Positions 1 through 13,301 are shown, numbered from the whole stretch's first letter. The stretch: DNA of 44,260 nt, filler included, from Jimgerdemannia flammicorona (GCA_003990765.1; 2 parts of 2 records of this genome joined end to end with filler, not necessarily neighbours in it), one strand, 5' to 3'. The notes: generated from the sequence alone by a model not told the origin. Made by a program: numbers and translations.

Positions 1-236
1 GGAGGAACGCGGAAAAGACCCACAAGCCCCTGGAGATTATCAAGATAGGAGACAAGGTCCTGGTGTATCGGAACATGATTGAAGCTTCATAGTCATGAAA
101 ACTGGAGCCCAAGTGGGAAGGACCTTACCTTGTGCAAGATATAAAAGGGACCACCTTTTGGCTATGAAAACCCTCAGGCACAATAATCCCCACCACCATT
201 CACCGAAACTGACTCAAGAAATATCATGGCCAGTAA
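1..236 (+). pseudogene. Integrase C-terminal region (GPY/F motif) of copy A
   Basis: Translates to ...GDKVLVYRNMIEAS*S*KLEPKWEGPYLVQDIKGTTFWL*KP...KYHGQ*; three premature stops relative to copy B. Confidence 0.9.
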
Positions 237-687
237 CAAAAGTACTGCAATGGCACTCAAGATCACTAGTGCTGCCCAAAGAGCCATCGAGAGACAATGG
301 CACACCACTGAGCCTCTGACCATAGAGCCATTCTATAAGGATATTCAGAGTATTGTGCAGACTCATCTCTCGCAGATCTCACACTTTAGAGCCTATCAGT
401 ATCACGCAGAATTCCAAGAGTACTTCAAACTTGGACAAGTGCTCAATCAGGATCCAGCAAAGACCAAAGAGGACTGGATTGCCAAGTGTCAACTCTCCCA
501 CTCACAGATCACTATTGCCAAAAGGATCCACAAGTTATTCCAAGAAGATGAAGCAGCGATAGACCATCTGAGAGGAGTAACCCCTACCAACTTCGAGAAA
601 GTGAGAAGACATTATTGGGAAACAGTTATGCAGCAAATTGCACAGTACAAGACCATACAGACTATCGAAGCCTGGGAGTTTGAATAG
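226..687 (+). CDS. Unknown 153-aa accessory ORF (ORF3) between integrase and PPT
   Basis: Open in both copies; ATG overlaps the integrase end by 11 nt; 8 aa differences from 13339-13800. Confidence 0.75.
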   Translation: MASNKSTAMALKITSAAQRAIERQWHTTEPLTIEPFYKDIQSIVQTHLSQISHFRAYQYHAEFQEYFKLGQVLNQDPAKTKEDWIAKCQLSHSQITIAKRIHKLFQEDEAAIDHLRGVTPTNFEKVRRHYWETVMQQIAQYKTIQTIEAWEFE

Positions 688-714
688 ATGTCTCAGGGAT
701 GAGACCATCCATTC

Positions 715-723
715 AGGAGGAAG
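715..723 (+). other. Polypurine tract of copy A
   Basis: AGGAGGAAG 1 nt before the LTR start TG at 725. Confidence 0.8.
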
Positions 724-724
724 T

Positions 725-1200
725 TGTGATGGCACAGCCAGATTTGGAAGAAGGAAATAGGGAATAGACACTTGATCGCACCCATTCCCAAAGTAGTATA
801 GCATTATAGTTAGCAGTCCTTGATTTTGACATTGTCCAATTTCTTAGACATTGTCTAAATTTTAGACATTATCCAAATCGGATACCCCGATTTAGTATAG
901 CGTTTAGACATTGTCCAAATGTTTTGACAAAGTCCAAATGATTCATTTATTACTTAGCCACCCTCTCATAGCTAGCAAACTTGTATAAATAACCCAGTAT
1001 CTTTGAGTGAATAAACCTCAGATCGAAATAGTTCAAAGCAAAGAGATAGCAAAGGAACTAGTAAGCCTGCGGGCAGATACACTTCGAACTCACCCACCCT
1101 TCTCTGCCACTTCAAGAGACTCTGCGAGAGTCAGAACAGTCAAGTTTTCAAGATACAGAAATCTGATGTACTTTCAAGAATAAGCATCTGCTACGTTACA
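725..1200 (+). repeat. 3' LTR of copy A (476 bp)
   Basis: TGTGATGG...GTTACA; matches both B LTRs; TTGTATAAATA at 981 and AATAAA at 1010. Confidence 0.95.
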
Positions 1201-2213
1201 ATATATACAAGGTCATGCCTGAGCCAAATAGAATAGTTCCTGCCACTCCAAAGAGAATGACAGGCAAAGAAAAACCCTCATCAAAGTACAACATGGTGAG
1301 TAGGGCCTGGTTCTCCCAGTTGAGGTGAGTAAAGGACTTACACATGAGGTGGAAGGAGACCCCCAATACCCCACTACTCAAGTCTGTAGGCCTCGATCAT
1401 ATTGCTGTATCAGCTCCCAGTTTTAGTTGAGTGCAGCCAAGACATCTGAAATGGGTAGCCTTGAGCCCTCTGACCCCTCCTGATGACCAGGGCCTAACTT
1501 GCTAACCTGCCAAAAGAAGCTGAGAGTGTCACCTACCACCTAATCATGCCGTACCAATCAAAAGACCCCACTGAAGCAGCACCCACTCTAGCCCCAATGA
1601 CTGCCCCCAGTCTGGTACCCTACTGGTTCACTATTATCATCCTTCCTCCTATCTGTGATGGCCATCTCCCCTCTCATCTCAACAACACCTGAAAAGCAGT
1701 CACCTACACCAGAACTGTGCTCACTGGGAAGCTTGCCAAAGTCAGAGGGCCCCACCACAGGTACCAAGAATCTATAAGTAACCTATACTGAGCACTTGAT
1801 ACCCAAGGTCAACTGACTCCCTATATAGCCTGAGATACACCAAGATAGCACCTTGTTGGTAATGGTGAAAGGAAGAAGGCACCACACCAAAATAGATATA
1901 CTCCAGATGCAGCTGAAGGTATCAGAAACTATAAAAAAGTAGAGAAGACACCAATCTGATACTGATAAAGGAGTAACTCATCACCATTGCCTCCCTCCTA
2001 CTGCTCTGCAACAGGTATATACAGCAAACCAACCCAAGGTAGAGGGGGTAATAATTGTAAAAAGTGGACTCAGAAAGTTGCCTACCAAACCATTATAACT
2101 AGTAAGGTAGCAGAGAAAGGGGTGTTTTATATATTATTATATATATACTCTACTATAATATATATTTTTAATAGTAATATATTTCTCTATTTAAGGCCAT
2201 TCTCTCACTACTA

Positions 2214-2220
<7 letters not shown>
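1201..2220 (-). other. Degraded CpG-depleted repeat, possibly a LINE ORF1/5' remnant, into which A inserted
   Basis: C-rich plus strand like the LINEs in this window; only weak resemblance to LINE ORF1, no diagnostic motif. Confidence 0.2.
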
Positions 2221-2251
<31 letters not shown>

Positions 2252-2252
2252 C

Positions 2253-2298
<46 letters not shown>
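2221..2298. repeat. Poly-T tract
   Basis: About 75 T with one short interruption. Confidence 0.95.
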
Positions 2299-2300
<2 letters not shown>

Positions 2301-2396
2301 AAAAATTCTCTCTTTACTAATATTTTTATTATTAATATTTAATTCTCTCTGTTAAAATTCTTATTATTATATTAATATATTAAAAATATAAAAAAA

Positions 2397-3221
2397 TTTG
2401 TAGATAAATTTATCTACAAAATATTATAGTATAAAAGTTATATAGTAAAATAATAATAATAATTATCAAAAATATATTCATAAAATATTAGCAGTTTTAT
2501 ATCTATCTTATCTAAATAAGTATCTTGAGTTGATTTAAATAAGTATTCAGATAGTAGTAGATATTTATTATTTAGCTTAAAAGTAAGAGATTTATCTTAA
2601 ATTATTAGTTAATAGATACTAAGTTATAATATGGTAAATACTTAATTTGAGAAGTATATAGAGTAGTTTTTTTATATTGCTTTCTTAGTCTTCTTGACTT
2701 TTCAAAGTCCTCAGTAAGAGATACAGAAGTAGGTTTGAAGTATGTATATCTACTTATATATAATAAATTATTATATACAAGTTATCAAAATTTCTAATAG
2801 AAATTTCAACTAGTAGTTATAGATATTAAATATAGTATAACTATATATAGATATGCCCAGCATACTATATTTAGTCATAGCTTTAAATCTGTATAAATAT
2901 CTTCTATATTGAGTATATTGTAATCTCAGTTTTACTTTCTCCAAACATAAGAATAAAGCAGTATTCTTATTATAGAACTCTCAGATCTAACTTATTAATT
3001 CTTAGGCTATAATATAGATAAATTTTCCTACAAAAAATAATAATATATAATTTATTTATTTATTTATTTTTATACTTTTATTAATAAATATAAGATCAAA
3101 TATATATATATTAAAAAATTAATTTTTTGAAAAACATTTTATTAAAAATTTATAATAAATATATAGTCAAAAAAAAAGCTTAAAAATTTAAAATATTTTG
3201 CAGACAAATTTGTCTGTAAAA
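2397..3221. mobile_element. Very AT-rich decayed MITE/DNA-transposon-like remnant bounded by related palindromes
   Basis: TTTGTAGATAAATTTATCTACAAA (2397-2420) and TTTTGCAGACAAATTTGTCTGTAAAA (3196-3221); inverted match extends into CAAAATATT. Confidence 0.4.
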
Positions 3222-3304
3222 ATGTATAATCTATTAGTTAATAATTCTGAGCCTAATTAACTTAAAATATAATTATAGTACTTTTATCAGTATAGGAACT
3301 CAAA

Positions 3305-3772
3305 TATAATAGTTTTAGTTTCTTTAAGAGGAAATAGCTAAGACTGATAATTCTGATAGACCTAAAGTAGCTCAAAAAGATACTTGTAGATTTAAGTATT
3401 CTCAAAGAAATTCTGAGAGAAAATATTCTAAGCTTTATTTAAGTAGAGAATAAAAATATTTATATAAGATCTGAAAGAAAGATCTAAAAGGATCTTAAAA
3501 AAGAAGAGAAAAACTAAGAAATAGGTTCTCAGCAAAGATGATTAATAGAATTCTACAATATTTCAAAAGGTTCTATATATAACTAACTAAGATAAGATAC
3601 TTGATGTCAAGAAAAGACAATAATGTTCTAATGATGTCTTAGTGCTAAGAGAAGATTTCTAGATATTCAAAAGATACTGAAATATAGTAAAATATTCAAA
3701 AAAAGATAAGAAAAGACTAGAGAAAAGATATAAAAAGTACTAAGAATAAGATATAACTGTGAAATTGTTATA
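3305..3772 (-). repeat. 3' LTR of C2
   Basis: Homologous to the C1 LTRs; followed by the PPT complement TTCCTCTCTCTTCTT. Confidence 0.85.
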
Positions 3773-3932
3773 TTCCTCTCTCTTCTTAAGAATCAATATC
3801 CTTATTGAGTTCTTAAGTTATATAAGACTAAATATACTTAACTGAAATTTCTCAAACTTATATTAGTATATTGATAAAAATTAGTCATCCTTATATAGAA
3901 TAGAAAGTAGAGAGGTTTAAATTTAGCTAGTA

Positions 3933-4396
3933 TGTAATGGTTCTAGTTTCTTTAAGAGAAAGTAGCTAAATCTGAAAGTTCTAGTTGATCTAAAGTAGCT
4001 TGAAGAGATACTTAAAGGTTCAAGTATTTTTGAAGAATTTCTGAGAGAAAATATTCTGAGCTTTATTTAGATAGAGAACAAGAATATTTATACATAATCT
4101 GAAAGAAAGATCCAGAAGGATCTTGGAAAGAAAGAGAAATGTCAAGAAATAGGTTCTCAGCAAAGCTAACTAATACTATTCTACAATGTTCCAAAAGGTT
4201 TCATAACTAGCTAAGATAAGATACTTGGTACCAAGAAAAGACAAGAATATTCTAGTGGTGTCTGGATACTGAGAGAAGATTTCTAAATAAGTAAAAGGTG
4301 GTGGAACATAGTAGAATATTCAAGAAATAATAAGAAAAGACTAACTAAAAGACATGAAAATACACTAAGACTAAATATGACTATGAAATTATTACA
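3933..4396 (-). repeat. 3' LTR of C1
   Basis: TGTAATGG...ATTACA; direct repeat of 9563-10026. Confidence 0.95.
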
Positions 4397-4719
4397 TCCC
4401 TCTCTTCTTTAGAACCAATATCCTTATTGAGTTCTTAGGTAATATAAGGCTAGATATACTTAACCAAAATTTCTCAAACTTGTATTGGTTTATTGGCAGA
4501 GATTGGCTATCCTTATATAGAGCAGAGGGCTTATTACCAGACTAACTAACTGAGAGGGGTTTGAACTCAGCTAGTAGTTTCATTTCAGTGAACTTCTTGT
4601 TTATTAAATATTTTGCTAGTTCTAGGGTCTCAAAGTAAACTTCCAATGCATAAGGTACTGGTCATTACCATAGGTCATCAAAAATCCAAGGAAGTTACTA
4701 TAGAGATTGGGTAATACAT

Positions 4720-7700
4720 TTTGCCTCAAAGTCTTGAACTAGATCTTAAGAGTTCTTGAGATTGACCAGTGGTTTCCAGGTAGTATTATATTAGGGTAAC
4801 TCATCTACTTGACTAGATATTCAGAACAGTAATAGTGGATTTGTTTGTCAAGAATTTTCTCAGCTTCATACTCAATATAGTCTTCAATAATCACAGGGGC
4901 AGAAGACTTAGGAATTCAACCAGAGTAGGGCAGTAACTGGTTTCAGGTCTTGAGGTGTAATATATAAAAGACTGGATGTACTCTTATTGTTTCAGATAGC
5001 TTGAGATAGTAGGAGGATGCAGAGACCTATTCAGTAATCTCAAAAGATCTAATATACTTAGGTTGGAACTTGTTTGAAGAGTGGTTGACTTGAGATTATA
5101 TCTTGAGGTTCTCAGTAGACATTAAGACTTGATCTCTAATAGTATAAGTGACATTATAGCATTTCTTATCAGCATACTTGGCTTGATACTATTGAGCTTT
5201 CTGAAGATTTACAGTAGCAATCTTGAGTAGTTTGACTATTTTGTCTATAAGGTTCTTAGTGGTTGAGACTTATATTTAACTGGTTTTCTTGAAAGAGAAT
5301 AGACTTGCAGGGGTCTCAGGATCTTGATCATGGAGTAACTGGAAAGAGGAAAGACCAGTAGATAATTAGATGGTATTGTTGTATACAAACTCTGCATAAG
5401 TCAGGTAGTGATCTCAATTATCTTACTTGTAAGAAATATAGTTTCTAAGTATTTGTTCTAGAGTTCTGTTCATATACTTAGTTTGTTCATCAGTTTGTGG
5501 GTAAAAGGCAGTAAACATAGCCAATTGAGTTCCCAGGGTCTTAAAGAGAGTTTGCCAGAAGTGACTGGTGAACTTGAGGTCATGATCACTGAAAATCACT
5601 CATGGTAGACCATAGTGATGAAAGATGGACTTGAAGAAGATTCTTGCAATCTTGGATACAGTAGTATTGGTAGTAGTTGGTTCAGTAACTATAGTTTTGA
5701 TCAGGTGGTCAATGAATATAATAATAGCATCAGTATCAGATTGAGTTTATAGTAGTTAGATTACAAAGTCCATGATAACTTACTCAAATTTCTTAGTAGA
5801 AATTGGTAGTAATTATAGCAAACCAGCTAGTACTTAGTTGGTAGACTTGTTGTACTGATATAGATCACAGCTAGCAATATAGTTCTTGATTTCCTTGACC
5901 ATATTTGGCTAATAGTAGTAGTATTGAATATTCTTGATAGTCTTCTTGATTTCCAGATGACTGATAAGAAGGGAGTCATAGTATTCTTATAAAACCTTGT
6001 AGTATAAGTTTATGTTTTCAGATAGATATATTTGATCTTGATGATAGATTAGATTGTTCTTGATAGTATATATATCCTTGAGCTTATTTAAGAAAACTCT
6101 AGTGGCAACTCTATCTTCTTTATAAGCTTGTCTGATTTGGTCTAGGAATTCTGATGCCAAGGTGACTTATATAATTGTGTGAGGTCAGGACATCTTGATA
6201 AGGCATCTGGTACTATAAGTATCTTACCAGACTTGTAGATGATTATCAGATTGAAGGTTTGAAGCTTGAGACTCCACTTGGCTTATAGATGTGACAGAGT
6301 AGGTTGGGTGTTAATATACTTAAGAGATTGATGATTGGTAATAATATCAAACTCAATATCTTCTAGATAGCATCACCAGTGGTCTAGTATATATATTATT
6401 ATCAGTAGTTCCTTCTCATGAGTGGCTAGCTTTTTTTTAGCTAGGGCCAACTTATGAAACTTGAAAGCAATAAGATGATGTCCTTTGCCATCATCTTATA
6501 ACAAGACTGCTCCAATGGCAATATTTGATGCATTAGTGGTGACTGTGAATTTTAGGCTTTGATCTGTATTATGTAGGACTGGAGCATGGGTTAGGTGGTT
6601 CTTGAGTTCTTGAAAGACTTGTTGACAGAAGAGATCCCAGGTATAGGGTACATAGTGGTCTGAGTATGGGGCCTTCCTCATGAGGTTAGTCAGTAGCTCA
6701 GCAATACTAGAGAAGTTTCTGACAAAGTGGCAGTAGTAACTAGCTAGACCAAGGAAGGATCAGAGTTCTGTAAGATTTGACAGAATGAACTATTCTTCAA
6801 TTGCTTCTATTTTATATAAGTCTACTTGAATTCCTTGTGCAGAGATAATGTGGTCAAGATATTCAACTTGTTTCTTGAAGAATTCACACTTCTTGAGCTT
6901 GGTATAAAGCTTGTGTTTTTGCAGGATCTCCAGGACTATTTGAATGTATTTGAGATATTCTTCTGTAGTTGCACTAAAGATCAGGATGTTATCAAGATAT
7001 ACCAACAGAAAAATAAATAGTTAGTCCTTGAATATCTTGTTTATCAGAGTCTGGAATATGGTGGGTGCATTAGTGAGACCAAATGCTAAGACCAGGAATT
7101 CATAGAGTCTAAAGGAGATCATAAATACAGTCTTGGGAATGTCTTCTGGCTTGATTTGGATCTGGTGGTATCCTGACATGAGGTCTAACTTAGTGAAGTA
7201 CTTGGTATTCTTGAGAGCATCAAAGATTTGATCAATCAAGGGTAGTGGATAGTGGTTCTTGATAGTGAGTTTATTGAGTGAATGATAGTCTATATATATT
7301 TACAGAGTACCATCCTTCTTCTTGATAAATAAGACTAGTGAGCCATAAGGAGATTTGCTTGACTGGATGGCTCCTCATATAAGTAGTTTTTCTAGTTTCT
7401 TCTTGACTGCTTCAATTTTGAGTAGTGATATATAGTATATGTGTTTCTTGAGTGATACAGCTCCTGGGGTTAGTTTTATTTTATAATCAACTTCTCATAT
7501 AGGTGGTAGATCAGGTAGCTTGTCTAGAAAGACATCCTTGAATTCTTCTAGCAGTAACTTGATGCTTTCATTGACTGATAGTCTCTTGTCTTATTTCTTA
7601 AGATGAACTATTATAATAAAGATATATATTGCCTTCTTGAGGGCTCTCTTATACTATATAGCTGACAGTATTACAATCTGAGTCTTGCTCATGGCCTTGT

Positions 7701-9470
7701 CTGTCTTGATAGTGATGTTGGCTCTATCTTGAAGTAGGGTGACTTCATTCTTATATCAATCAATATCTGGGTTGTGTTTCATAAGCCAGAGTTTTTCTAA
7801 GATCAGATTATGATCTCCTAGTAGTGCAGTCTCAAAGTCTACTTATTCTCAATATTTCTAGATCTTAATAGGTAGTTTGGCAGCAATTGACTTGATGAGA
7901 TACAGAGTACCATCTGCAGTAACTATACTATTATTCTTAGATATAGGCTTGGTAAGAATCTTGAGGCTTTTAATAAGATTCTGATTAATAAAGTTCTCTG
8001 TAGCTCCACTGTCTATAAGTACTTGAACATCTTTTCCTTTGACTAGATCTTTGAAAATAAGTATAGCTTAAGCTTGATTTTCACTAAGACTTACTGCTTG
8101 ATCAGTGCTGCCAAAATATTTTTGATCTCATTTAGTTTTAGAGAGTTCTTGAACTTCTATAATCTTGAGTTGACTGGCTTTTTCTAGGATCATTTGTATA
8201 ACTTGGTCTCTTTTCTTGCCTGTGTAGTCTTGATCCTTCTGGTTGATAAGTAGAACTTAAACTTATTCTTAAAAGTCTGGATCAATGACACTAGTGTCTA
8301 TATCTAAATAATATTTAACACTGAGTTCTGATCATGGTGCAATTCTGACATAATGTCCTTCAGGATATTGAACTACAATTTCAGTAGACACTAAAGTGTA
8401 GCCCTTAGCTGGAATAGTGACTTGTTTGACTAAGTGTAGGTCAAGACCAATGACTCCTTCTGTTTGATATTAAGAGACCTGGGCCTTCAGATGAAGCTTT
8501 TTGACCTTGAGCTTGGATTGACTGGTGGTGGAATTGATAGATATATTCTTGGATAACATAGTAACTAGTCTTCTTAGAACATTTGGTTACAATGTGTTCT
8601 GTTTGATGATAGAAGAAACAGACTTCAGATTTCTTTAGGTAGTCCTTTTCTTCAGAGGTAAGCTTGGTGATCTTTTTGTTTATGGTATCTTAGTCCATTG
8701 GTACTGGGCCAACTGTCCTTGATTGGTTCTTGTAGCAGTTCTTGAAGTAGTTCTTCTTACAGTATTCTGGTTCAAAGTAGTTGCCAAAGGTGATGATATC
8801 AAACTTATTAGTAATTTTCATAGCTTCATTAAGGTTTTTGGTCTCTTCTAGCTCATCCTTGACTTATGTGTTTCCTTTCAGATCTCAGACATAGTGGTCT
8901 ATCTTTTCATCCTCAGATATTACTGGTAGCTTGAGTAGGATTGATAAGAATTATATATTGTATCTTTGTACAGACTTGAGTTGCTTGATGTTTGCTAGCT
9001 TGTCTCTGGCTAGCTTGGTAGCATTAGCAGGCTTGAATTTCTTATGAAGGGCTCTCTTGAAAGCTTCCCAGTCTCTAATTCATATATATGAGTATATAGA
9101 TGTAACTATGATATAATTATACTATCAGATAACTATATTTTCTTAGAGGAGTATAGTAGCAAATTAGACTTATATGTCTTCTTCCATTCTGGTAAGCTCG
9201 AGGTATTAGTCCAACTAGAAGATCCATACATCTGTAGATAGTCCTCCTCAATGGCTGTTGAAGGTATCTGATTTGAGTGGCTTGAAACTAACTAGTACTA
9301 TGACAGAATATGATATACTCACAGTTCTTATTTTCTGCTATTCTAGTTGTACTTGAAGTTCTTAGATTTGGTGGGTTATAGTATTTATCATATCCTCTAT
9401 ATTGAGCTGTGATCCTCTTACTTATTTTGTAGCAGAGGGGTCTGGCTAATAGACTGACTCTTTGTGACTC
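4720..9470 (-). pseudogene. C1 gag-dUTPase-PR-RT-RNaseH-integrase-chromodomain polyprotein, many stops
   Basis: RT motifs LDLMSGYHQI, FGLTNAP and YLDN (from YLDD); RH TTNASNIAIGAVL; PR IDSGATENFI; chromodomain EYEAEKILD...YLVK. Boundaries approximate. Confidence 0.9.
8100..8510 (-). pseudogene. dut: dUTPase domain of C1, between gag and protease
   Basis: Degenerate motifs IGLDL, RIAP*SEL, VIDPDF, DQVIQMIL, FGSTD. Confidence 0.85.
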
Positions 9471-9548
9471 ATTTTGGGTTCATTTGACTAGTTGTGACTG
9501 GTTTCTAAATTTGTGTGAGATTTCTTAATAAGGCAAGATGTAATAACA

Positions 9549-9560
9549 CTACTGCTATCA
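9549..9560 (-). other. PBS of C1, tRNA-iMet-like
   Basis: TGATAGCAGTAG, a transition-decayed form of TGGTAGCAGCG, 2 nt after the 5' LTR; same motif in C2 (21712-21723) and C3 (40500-40511). Confidence 0.65.
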
Positions 9561-9562
9561 AG

Positions 9563-10026
9563 TATAATGGTTCTAGTTTCTTTAAGAGAAAGTGGCTAAA
9601 TCTGGAAGTTCTAGTTAGCCTAAAGTAGCTTGAAGAGATACTTAAAGGTTTAAGTATTCTTGAAGGATTTCTGAGAGAAAATATTCTGAGCTTTATTCAG
9701 GTAGAAAACAAGGATATTTATATATAATCTGAAAGAAAGATCTGGAAGGATCTTGGAAAGAACAAGAAATGCCAAGAAATAGGTTCTTGGCAAAGCTGAC
9801 TAATACTATTATACAATATTCCAAAAGATTCCATAACTAGCTAAGATAAGATACTTAGTGCCAAGGAAAGACAAGAATATTCTAATAGTGTCTAGGCACT
9901 AAGAGAAGGTTTCTAAGTAAGTAGAAGATAATGGAACATAGTAGAATATTCAATAAATAATAAGAAAAGACTAACTAAAAGATGTGAAAATATACTAAGA
10001 CTAAATATAACTGTGAGATTATTACA
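9563..10026 (-). repeat. 5' LTR of C1
   Basis: Direct repeat of 3933-4396; the differences inspected are transitions. Confidence 0.95.
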
Positions 10027-12826
10027 TAGTAGCTTCATTTCAGTAAACTTCTTGTTCACTAGATGTTCTGCTAGTTCTGAGGTCTCAAAGTAAACTTCTG
10101 ATATATAAGATACTGATTATTATTATAGGTTATTGATAATTCAAGAAAGTTACTATAGGAATTAGATAATATATTTTGTCTTGAAGTCTTAAACTAGGTC
10201 TTGAGAGTTTTTGAGATTAACCAGTGGTTTTCAGATAATATTATATTTAGAGTAGCCCATCCACTTAACCAGATATTCAGAACAATGATAGTAGATTCAT
10301 TTGTCAAGGATTTTCTCAACTTTGTACTTAATATAGTCTTTATAATTATAGGAGTAGATGGGTTGAGAATTCAACTAGAGTAGAGTAGTAACTAGTTTTA
10401 GGTGATATATGAAAGACTGGATATATTCTTACAGTTTCAGATAACTTGAGACAGTAAGAGGATGTAGAGACTTGTTTAGTAATCTCAAAGGTTCCAATAT
10501 ACTTAAGTTGAAATTTGTTTAATAGATAGTTAACTTGAGATTGTATTTTGAGATTTTCAGTAGACAGTAGAACTTAATTACTAATAGTATAAATAATATC
10601 ATGGAGTTTCTTATCAGTATACTTGGTTTGATACTGTTGGGCTTTCTGGAGATTTATGGTAGTAATTTTGAATAGTTCATTCATTTTGTTAGTAAGATTC
10701 TTAATGATAGAAACTTATATTTGACTACTTTTCTTAAAAGAGACTAGACTTGCAGGGGTCTCAGAATCTTAGCCATAGAGTAGCTGAAAGGGAAAAAGGC
10801 CAGTAGATGATTGGATAGTATTGTTATATATAAATTCTGTATAAGTTAAGTAATGGTTCCAATTATCTTACTTATAAGAAATATAGTTTCTAAGTATTTG
10901 TTCTAAAGTTCTATTCATACACTTGGTTTGTCTATCAGTTTATAGGTAAAAGGCAGTAGATATAACTAATTGAGTTTTCAGAGTCTTAAAGAGAGTTTGC
11001 CAGAAGTAACTGGTAAACTTAGAGTCATAATTACTGATAATTAATTATAGTATATCATAGTAATAAAAGATAGACTTAAAGAAGATTCTTGTAATTTCAG
11101 ATACAGTAATATTGATGGTAGTTGGTTTGACAACTATAGTTTTGATCAGACAATTAATAAATATGATAATAGCATCAGTACCAAATTGAGTTTATAGTAG
11201 TTGAGTTACAAAGTCTATTATAACTTATTCAAATTTCTTAGTTGGAATTAGCAGTAGTTGTAGCAAACCAGCTAGTACTTAGTTAGTAGACTTGTTATAC
11301 TAACAGAGGTTGTAGCTAGCAATATAGTTCTTGATTTTCTTAATCATACTTGGCCAATAGTAGTAGTACTGAATGTTCTTAATAGTTTTCTCAATTCTAA
11401 GATAATTAGTAAGTAGGGAGTTATAGTATTCTTATAGTATCTTATAGTATAGATTTATATTTCCAGATAGATAGACTTTATCTTGATAGTGGATTAGATT
11501 ATCCTTAATAGTATATATATCCTTGAGCTCATTCAAGAAAACTTTAGTAGTAATAGTGACTTTTTTATAAGCTTGCCTAATTTGGTCTAGAAATTCTGAT
11601 ACCAGAGTAACTTATATAATTATAGTGAGGTCTGGACATCTGAATGAAGTATCTAGTACTATAAGTATTTTGCTGGATTTATAGATAATTATTAGATTAA
11701 ATTTTTGAAACTTTAGACTCTATTTAGCTTATAGATATGATAGAGTAGATTGGATATTGATATACTTGAGTAATTAATGGTCAGTAATGATATTAAACTC
11801 AATACTTTCTAGATAGTATTATTAGTAGTCTAGTGTATATATTATTACTAGTAGTTCTTTCTTATGAGTGGCTAGCTTTTGTTCAGCTGAGGCCAACTTA
11901 TAGAACTTGAAGATAATAGAGCAATATCCTTTACCATCATCTTATAACAGAACTGCTCTAATGATAAAATTTAATACATTAGTAGTAATGGTAAATTATA
12001 GACTTAGATCTAAATTATATAGAACTAAAGTATGGATCAGGCAATTCTTGAGTTTTTGGAAGACTTATTGACAAAAGAGGTCTCAGGTATAGGATACATA
12101 GTGACTAAAGTGAGGGGCTTTCCTTATAAGATTAGTCAATGGCTCAGTAATATTAGAAAAGTTTCTAATAAAGTAATAATAGTAGCTAGCTAGACTAAGA
12201 AAGGACTAGAGTTTTGCAAGGTTTGATAGAATAGACCATTCTTGAATTGCCTCTATCTTGTATAGATCTACTTAAATTCCCTATAGAGATAATGTGGCTA
12301 AGATATTTTACTTATTCTTTGAAAAATTTACACTTTTTGAGCTTTGTATAAAGCTTGTATTTTTACAATATCTCTAGGACTACTTAGATGTACTTGAGGT
12401 ATTCTTCTTTAGTTATATTAAAGATCAGAATATTGTCAAGATATACTAATAAGAAGATAAATAGTTAGTCTTTAAATATCTTATTCATGAGGATCTGAAA
12501 TATAGTAAATATATTAGTAAGACCAAATGTTAGAACTAGAAATTTATAGAGTTTAAAGGGAGTTATAAATATAGTTTTAGAGATATCTTCTGACTTGATT
12601 TAGATTTGGTAATAATCTGACATGAGGTCAAGCTTAGTGAAGTACTTAGCATTCTTGAAGATATCAAAAATTTGATCAATTAAGAGTAGTAGATATTAGT
12701 TCTTGACTGTAAGCTTGTTGAGTACTTAGTAGTCTATATATATTTACAGAGAACTATCTTTCTTCTTAATAAATAAGATTAGTGAGCTATAGAGAGACTT
12801 ACTTAGTTAAATAGCTCCTTATATAA

Positions 12827-13301
12827 TGTAATGTAGCAGACGCTTACTCTTGAAAGTACATCGGATTTCTGTATCTTGAAACTTGACTGTTCTGACTCTC
12901 GCAGAGTCTCTTGAAGTGGCAGGAGAGGGTGGGTGAGTTCGAAGTGTATCTGCCCACAGGCTTACTAGTTCCTTTGCTATCTCTTTGCTTTGAACTATTT
13001 CGATCTGAGGTTTATTCACTCGAAGATACTGGGTTATTTATACAAGTTTGCTAGCTATGAGAGGGTGGCTAAGTAATAAATGAGTCATTTGGACTTTGTT
13101 GAAACATTTGGACAATGTCTAAATGCTATACTAAATCGGGATATTCGATTTGGATAATGTCTAAAATTTAGACAATGTCTAAGAAATTAGATGATGTCGA
13201 AATCGAGGACTGCTAACTATAATGCTATACTACTTTGGGAATGGGTGTGATCAAGTGTCTATTCCCTATTTCCTTCTTCCAAATCTGGCTGTACCGTCAC
13301 A
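12827..13301 (-). repeat. 3' LTR of B
   Basis: Direct repeat of 19087-19561; PPT AGGAGGAAG at 13303-13311. Confidence 0.97.

Larger units (their letters stand above)
1..1200 (+). mobile_element. 3' end of Ty3/Gypsy LTR retrotransposon, copy A (same family as B)
   Basis: Integrase C-terminus (KWEGPY), 153-aa ORF, PPT and TG...CA LTR, all closely matching the reverse complement of 12827-14025. Confidence 0.95.
3933..10026 (-). mobile_element. Full-length chromovirus-type Ty3/Gypsy element C1, decayed
   Basis: Two 464-bp LTRs, 5-bp TSD TAGTA (3928-3932 and 10027-10031), PPT at about 4397-4410, PBS at 9549-9560. Confidence 0.95.

Noticed and set aside
226..687. ORF3 as an env gene
   Set aside because: Too short, with no signal peptide, transmembrane helix or evident furin site.
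12819..13019. Short ORFs inside the B LTRs (also 19064-19279)
   Set aside because: GTG starts, run past the LTR end, and the A copy has a 1-nt indel there.
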